Source: a virus (Duplodnaviria > Caudoviricetes). Taken from it: a stretch of 28,315 nt of DNA. This document shows, one piece after another, positions 1-5,610 of this stretch. The notes beneath the pieces are model-generated. The model worked only from the letters and a program-made list of their open reading frames with translations. It was not told the origin of the DNA and ran no database searches. How positions within the stretch are numbered: position 1 is the first letter of the stretch; each line of letters starts with the position of its first letter. The stretch is from positions 1-28,315 of IMG/VR virus record IMGVR_UViG_3300038492_000301; one strand, given 5' to 3'. Made by a program: the position numbers and the translations under genes.

Positions 1-126
1 TTCGTCTGTGAGCCAGGAATCCCAAGGACTCGCCGGCTTGCCATTTATCAGTTGCATGATCTCATCCGCGGAATAGCCCCGATCCTCCAGCTCGATCCTC
101 CGCCCGTTAACTTCTATGTACGCCAT
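1..126 (-). CDS. Hypothetical small phage protein, runs off the window edge (MAYIEVNGRRIELEDRGYSADEIMQLINGK...)
   Basis: Read manually: ATG at 126 and an open frame to position 1. Overlaps the end of the 107..310 gene, as expected in a compact leftward operon. Confidence 0.55.
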   Translation of the reverse strand, partial: MAYIEVNGRRIELEDRGYSADEIMQLINGKPASPWDSWLTDE

Positions 127-310
127 CTTCCAAAATACCTCTCTCGACGAGTTTATCAACGCAGCCTTTGGTCAGGAATGCGAAGTCCTCGTCTCGGTAG
201 TAGACTTTGTAATTATCACCTTCATACATGATCGCGGCGACCGCATCCCAGTTCAGCCATCCATGGCTCCGTTGACGTCCAGTCTCATCACAGAAGGTCA
301 CTCTCGTCAT
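107..310 (-). CDS. Hypothetical protein (67 aa)
   Basis: ORF track; ATGA overlap with the 307..495 gene; GGAGG just upstream. Confidence 0.65.
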   Translation of the reverse strand: MTRVTFCDETGRQRSHGWLNWDAVAAIMYEGDNYKVYYRDEDFAFLTKGCVDKLVERGILEDGVHRS

Positions 311-495
311 TCGACCTCCACTTCAATATACACCTCACCGAGAATATTGTCAATAGCTGTTCGCAAACGTCTCAGCTCTTCGACAGACATATATAGCCCA
401 GTAGCGTCCGTCCCGCTGGCCTTAAACTCCATGACATACGGTTGGTCACTACCACCAACTTTCTTCAGGATCACGCCGGTAAAATTTTCCCGCAT
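307..495 (-). CDS. Hypothetical protein (62 aa)
   Basis: ORF track; GAGGAGAGGA upstream; TAATG coupling with the upstream gene. Confidence 0.7.
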   Translation of the reverse strand: MRENFTGVILKKVGGSDQPYVMEFKASGTDATGLYMSVEELRRLRTAIDNILGEVYIEVEVE

Positions 496-776
496 TATCC
501 TCTCCTCAAATAGCTAGCCATTGTGCGGCGATCGTTGATTACAGGTTTCCGCCAATTCAGCTCTTTGGGATGACTCTCTGCCCGTTCCTGAGCCTCGCGA
601 GCCCGCTGAACTTTCAGCTTCATGGCTTCTACCTGGGAAAGATACCCCTCATTCCACAGTTTGGCAAGGGGGCTGAGTTCCATTTCCGACAAAATTCCTT
701 TGAATGATACGGTTTCTGCCCCTAAGAGTTCCTCCAACATTTGGATTTCCCCGGGCGTAAATTCGATGTTTGCCAT
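495..776 (-). CDS. Hypothetical protein (93 aa, MANIEFTPGEIQ...)
   Basis: Start moved from 911 to 776 because AGGAGGAAAACAATG is a strong RBS plus ATG, and the longer version runs into the repeat region. Confidence 0.7.
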   Translation of the reverse strand: MANIEFTPGEIQMLEELLGAETVSFKGILSEMELSPLAKLWNEGYLSQVEAMKLKVQRAREAQERAESHPKELNWRKPVINDRRTMASYLRRG

Positions 777-839
777 TGTTTTCCTCCTGGGTTGGCATTC
801 CTGTCTACAAACATACCGACACTCAGGCTGGTTTTGTCT

Positions 840-1084
840 CACTGACACACTATTTTTTCCTGACATTCGGCAAAGGCTAATGATTTCAGAGGTTTCGGCG
901 ACTCGTGTCACTGTGTCAGTGGTTTCTCAAAAAACTTTTTCTATATAATGACTATAGAGAATTTCTCGCGTAAGGGACTTTCATGAAATACCTGACACAC
1001 TGACACAAAATCTTTATAAGTAGTAGGTTTTCCGGCATGTTAGAGAGTGTCAGAGGCCAGTTTCGGCACTGACATTTGTGTCAG
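840..1084. repeat. Cluster of (C)TGACA(C/T) boxes in both orientations around an AT-rich core; putative replication origin or operator array
   Basis: CTGACAC at 842, 992, 1000; CTGACAT at 860, 1069; GTGTCAC at 905; GTGTCAG at 913, 1047, 1078. 15-bp inverted repeat with one mismatch at 905-919 / 992-1006. Lies between divergent gene blocks. Confidence 0.7.
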
Positions 1085-1123
1085 CAGGATTCGCCCTCCC
1101 GCATTCCTAAGCCAGTGGGTCAG

Positions 1124-1201
1124 AAAAAAATCGCATTTTCTTCAAAAAAGTGCATTTTCCATGAGACAAAACTAGGAGAAATGTCGGTATGTTAGTATAA
1201 T
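1124..1201 (+). promoter_or_regulatory. Probable rightward promoter region
   Basis: Perfect TATAAT at 1196-1201 ahead of the long plus-strand block; no clear -35 box. Upstream direct repeat AAAAAAATCGCATTTTC / AAAAAAGTGCATTTTC (1124-1159). Confidence 0.45.
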
Positions 1202-1295
1202 AGGGAGACAAGCACTTGTGACCAGTCCAGAGCAATGGGGGAAAACTATAAGAGCCCGTCACGCTTTCGGCTGGTCGCCCGCGGAGGGGAACAAT

Positions 1296-1466
1296 ATGAG
1301 TTGGTTTATTCTGGTTGGAGACGATTCAGGCCACAAATATGTAATCCCTGAAGACAAACGGGAAGAATGGTGGGACTTTATTGACGCTGAGGATTATGAT
1401 GTAGAGTTTCCTTCCTACGCCACGATGGTTGAGGGGAGTTTTCGTTTCAAAGAGTGGGAAGGTTAA
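1296..1466 (+). CDS. Hypothetical protein (56 aa, MSWFILVGDDSGHKYVIP...)
   Basis: GGAGGGG RBS before ATG 1296, preferred over GTG 1218. Confidence 0.7.
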   Translation: MSWFILVGDDSGHKYVIPEDKREEWWDFIDAEDYDVEFPSYATMVEGSFRFKEWEG

Positions 1467-1469
1467 ACA

Positions 1470-1952
1470 ATGAGTTGGCTATCCAGTATCTTCAGCGGCG
1501 GAGCCTCAGGAATCATTGATGGAGTCGGCGGACTTGTCGATCGATTCGTTACAACCAGCGACGAAAAGAATGAATTCAAGCTTGAGGTCGAGAAACTCGT
1601 CACCGCTCGAATGGCTATGGCAAACGAACAAGCCAACATTGAGATGGACGCCAAATCCAAAATCCTCCAGGCGGAACTCAATCAAAGTGATAATTTTACT
1701 AAGCGCGCTCGTCCTACTGTTGTATATATGGGGCTTGTTTTTATCGGTCTCAACTATTGCATTATACCTCTTATTCAGCAGTTTGCTGGACTCACGGTGG
1801 CTCCCTTCGAATTACCGTCCGAGTTCTGGTATGGATGGTCTGGCATCGTGGCCACATGGTCCGTAGGACGTTCGATGGAAAAACGTGGCGTGAAGAATAA
1901 CGCCGTTACAGCAATTACGGGCACTCAATCCGTCCGCTCACTTCTTGATTAG
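1470..1952 (+). CDS. Holin, 3TM / gene-transfer-agent holin family (DUF3154-like)
   Basis: N-terminal GxxDxFVTTxDEK, central AExxSDNFTKRARP, then two hydrophobic helices and the GRSMEK motif typical of the family. Confidence 0.8.
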   Translation: MSWLSSIFSGGASGIIDGVGGLVDRFVTTSDEKNEFKLEVEKLVTARMAMANEQANIEMDAKSKILQAELNQSDNFTKRARPTVVYMGLVFIGLNYCIIPLIQQFAGLTVAPFELPSEFWYGWSGIVATWSVGRSMEKRGVKNNAVTAITGTQSVRSLLD

Positions 1953-1961
1953 GAACGAATT

Positions 1962-2414
1962 ATGCCACTGGAATTCAATTCAGAGTCCGTTGTGGTCTCC
2001 TCACCGGTGGCTACATCCGTTACTACGATCACTCAGTTGATCCATGAAGGCGAAACTGCCACGTATTCAGTCCAGTTACAAGGTCCCGGAGGGGCAGCTA
2101 TCGCGGATACAGACTTTACAGCGATTCAAATGACGTATTTGGACGAGGAATCCCGGCTTGTTATCAATCAGCGTATCGACCAGAACGTCCTGAACGCTAA
2201 TAACGTAACTCTCAGCGCCACTGCGTTACTTACTTGGAGCATTCAGGCTGCGGATACGGCATTTATCGATCCATCGGAGACACGTACCATTGAATACCAC
2301 CGAGCAATCTTCAGATTCGACTTCGACATTGGTTCAGGTCCCGAAATTGGCTATCACGAAGTACGCATCCCGGTACGTAGGGCGTTTGCAGCAGCAGTCC
2401 CGTCGTTCACATAG
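1962..2414 (+). CDS. Putative virion protein, Ig/BppU-N-like beta sandwich; paralogue of 13700..14098
   Basis: AGGA RBS; beta-rich; shares ETxTYS, INxRxxQxV, LTW/F...AADT/S and GxHEV motifs with 13700..14098. Confidence 0.55.
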   Translation: MPLEFNSESVVVSSPVATSVTTITQLIHEGETATYSVQLQGPGGAAIADTDFTAIQMTYLDEESRLVINQRIDQNVLNANNVTLSATALLTWSIQAADTAFIDPSETRTIEYHRAIFRFDFDIGSGPEIGYHEVRIPVRRAFAAAVPSFT

Positions 2415-2424
2415 GGGGCCGGAG

Positions 2425-2604
2425 ATGGCTGTTGATAAAGTCAAGCTTTTACAGGAACTCCAAGTCCAGGGGAAGCGTTTATGCCCCGATTGCGGTGGAG
2501 AAGTCAATGATCCGGACAATATGCAAGTCGGAGCGGACTCAATTGGGCCTGAAAAGCGGAATTTGAGCGTAGTTGTGCGCCATATTACCTGCCCTGAGGA
2601 ATAA
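2425..2604 (+). CDS. Small putative Zn-binding protein (CPDC...HITC)
   Basis: GGGGG/GGAG before ATG 2425; fills the gap between neighbouring genes; CxxC and HxxC motifs. Confidence 0.6.
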   Translation: MAVDKVKLLQELQVQGKRLCPDCGGEVNDPDNMQVGADSIGPEKRNLSVVVRHITCPEE

Positions 2605-2606
2605 AA

Positions 2607-3002
2607 ATGGAGTATCCAACCCTAAAACCGCTCCCAATAACGTCGAGATGGGGCCGTAGGAAGTGGATTTTCCTTAAAAATTGGTGTCCAGAAGTGCCGA
2701 TTTACGGCCGAATTTGCATCCCTGAGGGCTATGTTTCGGATGGCGCAACCGTTCCTAGGCTCCTTTGGGCGGTGTTTTCGCCTACTGGAATCCTGTTTGT
2801 AGCGTCTTTAGTGCATGATTTTGCTATCAAAACCCAGTGTTTATTGCGCTCTGAGGACGTCAATGACTCGGAATTTATCGGAGATAAGCAGGCAGACGAC
2901 CTGTTTTTCCTGATTTTGGAGCGTCAAGAGGTCTCTTTACTGTCTTGTTATGTTGCATATTTCGGAGTCCGGCTGGGCTCGCTATTTAGGAGAAGAAAAT
3001 GA
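2607..3002 (+). CDS. DUF1353 family protein
   Basis: IPEGYVSDGATVPRLLW...SP.G...ASLVHD and ADDLF...L match the family signature; GAGGA RBS. Confidence 0.85.
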   Translation: MEYPTLKPLPITSRWGRRKWIFLKNWCPEVPIYGRICIPEGYVSDGATVPRLLWAVFSPTGILFVASLVHDFAIKTQCLLRSEDVNDSEFIGDKQADDLFFLILERQEVSLLSCYVAYFGVRLGSLFRRRK

Positions 3003-3148
3003 TGGCAATGGTGATGTCAAATATGCTGCCGTTCGCTATGGGCATGATTGCTGGCGGAGCTATCGTTTACATGTACCGTGCGTGGATTGATCGTAAGGTT
3101 AAACCTCACATCATGGACGCTGCGGACAAACTAAAGGATCAGATGTAA
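2999..3148 (+). CDS. Small membrane protein (49 aa, MMAMVMSNMLPFAMGMIAGGAIVYMYRAW...)
   Basis: Read manually, below the ORF-track cutoff; AGGAG RBS, ATGA overlap, one hydrophobic helix. Confidence 0.65.
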   Translation: MMAMVMSNMLPFAMGMIAGGAIVYMYRAWIDRKVKPHIMDAADKLKDQM

Positions 3149-3300
3149 TGGAAAAATTCACCAATAAAGGTCGTGGAGGCCAAACTCGTCCGGTTTTCAA
3201 GCCCAAAGCTGATGGAAGCCGCGGGAACATTGGTCGTGTCGCTGATCCTAAGGGCGGAGCTAACCCCTCAGGTCCACCGAACGGTCAGAAACCTAAATAA
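3148..3300 (+). CDS. Small basic Gly/Pro-rich peptide (50 aa, MEKFTNKGRGGQTRPVFKPK...)
   Basis: Read manually; TAATG coupling and AAGGA upstream. Confidence 0.6.
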   Translation: MEKFTNKGRGGQTRPVFKPKADGSRGNIGRVADPKGGANPSGPPNGQKPK

Positions 3301-3316
3301 ATAAAGAGGAGAGCCT

Positions 3317-3352
3317 ATGCTAACTATCGCTCATAACCTGAACTATAGTTAG
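3317..3352 (+). CDS. Putative 11-aa leader peptide MLTIAHNLNYS
   Basis: AAAGAGGAG RBS 7 nt before ATG; its TAG stop overlaps AGGAGGTGATCCA. Confidence 0.4.
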   Translation: MLTIAHNLNYS

Positions 3353-3703
3353 GAGGTGATCCATATCTCCGGCGAGAGCCGGTCAAGACGAGGTAGACGC
3401 ACCTAGAGAGGGCAACGTAGAGTCACTGCTGGTGGACGGGACTTATCCATCCCAGGTCGCTGGCGGCGGACGACGGAATCGGCACTCTGGGGAATGCTGA
3501 CCTCCCCGTGGGGACACGGGAAAACTTGGGGAGCCATACAGCTGGGAGGGAACCGCCCGGAGATGGTGGAACAACTCCCCAATACAGAAACGCCATCGTT
3601 GTCTCATAGAATAGGACTATTGGTCACGGACCCGGCGTAGGCGCTTAGCAGCTTGCGGGCGATGGCGATCGAAGGAGTTAGAAGGACAAGGAGGTCCTCC
3701 TCC
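3351..3703 (+). ncRNA. Candidate large structured RNA 1 (family unknown)
   Basis: No credible ORF. Consecutive stems: 3369-3382 (GAGA loop), 3391-3404, 3429-3455, 3456-3474, 3479-3500, 3505-3520 (GGGA loop), 3526-3582, 3591-3667, 3690-3703. Confidence 0.6.
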
Positions 3704-3731
3704 ACCAATGAACACAAAAGAGGAAATAACA

Positions 3732-3986
3732 ATGCGTCGTATCTTGTTTTGTGCTATGATTATCCTGATGCTCGGTTTGACCACTACGATCTGCAATCCA
3801 ATTGTTTCCCCTGGTATTCCCTTTGCTACTTTGGCTTACGCTGATGATGACGGCGGGCCTATTGAAGGTGGCGGAGGTGGTGGCGGAAACTGTTGTGATC
3901 CTACTGACGACGGTGATGGCGACGGTGGTCCGGACGAAGGTGACGATGGCGGTGGCGAAGAAGAGGGCGAAGGCTCAAACTTCTAA
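3732..3986 (+). CDS. Secreted acidic Gly/Asp/Glu-rich peptide
   Basis: AAAGAGGA RBS; MRR, hydrophobic stretch and AYA signal-peptidase-like site; mature part DDDGGPIEGGGGGGGNCCDP... is low complexity. Confidence 0.7.
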   Translation: MRRILFCAMIILMLGLTTTICNPIVSPGIPFATLAYADDDGGPIEGGGGGGGNCCDPTDDGDGDGGPDEGDDGGGEEEGEGSNF

Positions 3987-3993
3987 GACTTAA

Positions 3994-4075
3994 GGCGGGA
4001 TGAATCCCAGGTTCGACTCCTGGCCGCCTGTTCGCTACCTCGGGCGCGATAGCATAACCGGGAAATGCACCCGCC
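3994..4075 (+). ncRNA. Circularly permuted tRNA-like element (T arm, closed acceptor-like stem, D arm); YrlA/Y-RNA-like topology
   Basis: T arm CCAGG-TTCGACT-CCTGG 4007-4023; acceptor-like helix CCGCCTG 4024-4030 with CGGGCG(C)G 4041-4048; TA then D arm GCAT-AACCGGGAA-ATGC 4052-4068; closing helix GGCGGG 3994-3999 with CCCGCC 4070-4075. Confidence 0.7.
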
Positions 4076-4096
4076 GCTCCTTTTACAGCTAATAAC

Positions 4097-4169
4097 ACCT
4101 CCCACGCCTCTCAGGATCGGTACCTTGAATCCATCGGAGAGTTCCTGAAGCGCACCGGGGAGGTTTTTA
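4097..4169 (+). terminator. Long stem-loop followed by a T-tract; possible intrinsic terminator or ncRNA domain
   Basis: ACCTCCC 4097-4103 / GGGAGGT 4158-4164 and inner TCAGGA 4111-4116 / TCCTGA 4143-4148, followed by TTTTAT. Confidence 0.4.
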
Positions 4170-4480
4170 TTGGGTAGTTTCATGCCATGGCAAACTCTCC
4201 GTTCAACGAGTTCGTCTGATTCTACCCAACCAAGTGCCGCCTGTCACAGTCAGGCAACTGCGTAGTAACCTGTTTGGTGTAAAGCTGTGTTGAGCACGCC
4301 AAGTGAACCCTTGGAGGAAGAGGGACGCGAGCCTCTTCGGGTGAACGCGCACAAATGCAAGTAGGGCTGGGATACCCACCGGGGGCGTAATGCTACCAGG
4401 AAGAGTGGATCGAAACCACATAACTTGCGAGGATTGGAAGACTCAATGATTCCCGCCCGTGGGAGCGATATGGTCCCACT
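4170..4480 (+). ncRNA. Candidate large structured RNA 2 (family unknown)
   Basis: No plus-strand ORF in the track. Stems 4170-4229, 4239-4255, 4274-4302, 4356-4429 (multibranch, encloses T-loop-like GTGG-ATCGAAA-CCAC 4405-4419) and 4459-4479. Confidence 0.55.
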
Positions 4481-4497
4481 GAAATATAGGAGCACCT

Positions 4498-5178
4498 ATG
4501 AGTAAGAGCAGACAGAAGACTCCCATCACTGGTGTAACTACAGCTAGGAGTGAGAGAGATGACAAGCGGATCGCAAACAGGAAGCTCCGTCGAGCTTCAA
4601 GGATAGCCATCGGGCGCTATCTCAGAGGGGGATGTTCCCTGGACGAGAGTTCCTTAGTTCTGCCCAAGTTGCGCGAAGTGTCAAATGTATGGTGTATGGC
4701 CAAGGACGGAAAATGTAGATGGGGATGGGATTGGAATAACTGTCCTCCCTGGAAACTTTGGAAAGGAAAGCTCCCGGGTATGAAAGTTTGCAAAACATGT
4801 CTGGAGCGTAAACCTATTTCAAAGTTTTCCAAAAATGGACGTTATTACCGAGGCTCTTGTAAGCAATGTGAGAATGAAAAAATTCGTAATAGTGAGCCTC
4901 GTCAGGAACAATATCGTAGGAAACATTTTTTTACTAGATATGGGATTACTCTTGAACAATATGAAGCACAATTGGATAAACAAGGAGGGGTTTGTGCGAT
5001 ATGTTGTAATCCTCCTACGACGCGTAGGTTGTGCGTAGATCATAACCATGAGACTGGGGAAGTAAGGGGTTTGATTTGTAATTCGTGTAATAGAGGCTTA
5101 GGTTATTTGAAGGATGATTCCCGCTTACTTAAAGCTGCTGTTCAATACTTGGAGTATCCGCCATGGCCACGCCTTTAA
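4498..5178 (+). CDS. Arg-rich small phage protein fused in frame to an endonuclease VII-type (beta-beta-alpha-Me) nuclease; internal ATG at 4780
   Basis: AGGAG RBS. C-terminal part has CxxC...CxxC, YGITLEQY, QGGVCAIC and LCVDHNHETGEVRGLICNSCNRGLG, the endonuclease VII signature. Confidence 0.85.
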   Translation: MSKSRQKTPITGVTTARSERDDKRIANRKLRRASRIAIGRYLRGGCSLDESSLVLPKLREVSNVWCMAKDGKCRWGWDWNNCPPWKLWKGKLPGMKVCKTCLERKPISKFSKNGRYYRGSCKQCENEKIRNSEPRQEQYRRKHFFTRYGITLEQYEAQLDKQGGVCAICCNPPTTRRLCVDHNHETGEVRGLICNSCNRGLGYLKDDSRLLKAAVQYLEYPPWPRL

Positions 5179-5609
5179 CCCCAACTTTACGTAAGTTTTT
5201 CACGCATCTTCCCCAACTTCAAAGATTCGTGTATGACATTCCATCAGTCCTCCCAGCTACAACTTCCCCGAGATACGAACTCTTACTTCATTCAGACGAA
5301 GGAAGGCTAGAGCAAATCCGCCTAAATTACCCAGGCACGCCTCCGGGGACTTTTCCAGACATCGCCGCATTCATCTTTACAAGCGATCTAGGGGCTCGGG
5401 GTACTTTAGAGCATCTCATCGAAACCCCGGTCATTGATGATGGCTGTTTCTCACAAGTCGATCTCAAGATTCTATTTGAAAACACAGACCCTGTTCCCGC
5501 AGGAAAGTGTGGCGTCGAGAAACTCTATATTGAAGTGGACAATACCGGCGCAGTAGCATCAGGGATTATTGAACTTGAGCTGATCATCCGAGTGGATGGG
5601 AGCGGCTAA
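5163..5609 (+). CDS. Hypothetical, probably virion-associated beta-rich protein
   Basis: GGAG RBS; first gene of a tightly coupled block of beta-rich proteins. Confidence 0.6.
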   Translation: MATPLTPTLRKFFTHLPQLQRFVYDIPSVLPATTSPRYELLLHSDEGRLEQIRLNYPGTPPGTFPDIAAFIFTSDLGARGTLEHLIETPVIDDGCFSQVDLKILFENTDPVPAGKCGVEKLYIEVDNTGAVASGIIELELIIRVDGSG

Positions 5610-5610
5610 T

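Noticed and set aside
116-948. Plus-strand ORFs 116..517 and 622..948
   Set aside because: Antisense to a coupled set of minus-strand genes that have good RBSs.
840-1084. CRISPR array
   Set aside because: Repeats are only 6-9 bp, in mixed orientation and irregularly spaced.
3351-3363. 16S rRNA gene fragment on the minus strand
   Set aside because: Only 13 nt match; the flanks do not continue as rRNA.
3531-3572. Group II intron domain V (GAGCCATAC...)
   Set aside because: Does not fold into the 34-nt domain V with an AC bulge; no domain VI and no reverse transcriptase.
3364-3660. RNase P RNA (ACAGAAA at 3584 and ACCCGGC at 3630 resemble conserved regions)
   Set aside because: The GAGGAAAGUCC region and a proper P4 are missing, and the spacing does not fit.
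3954-3973. GGCGAAG as a Ro/Rsr-binding motif for the tRNA mimic
   Set aside because: Occurs twice as Gly-Glu codons inside the acidic ORF, and its possible partner (4098-4112) pairs better locally.
3987-4031. Ordinary tRNA-Leu(TAA) or intron-split tRNA
   Set aside because: CTTAAG precedes the stem, but the upstream sequence is a coding ORF with no D arm. The matching 5' half lies downstream and there is no long variable arm.
3994-4200. Two-piece (permuted) tmRNA gene
   Set aside because: No ACCA end, no G3:U70 alanine identity pair, no GGGG start; a true D stem is present and no tag reading frame was found.
4200-4480. Group I intron core (GTTCAACGAG and GATATGGTCC resemble R and S)
   Set aside because: The two segments cannot form P7, the S-like segment sits in a local hairpin, and no interrupted exon is evident.
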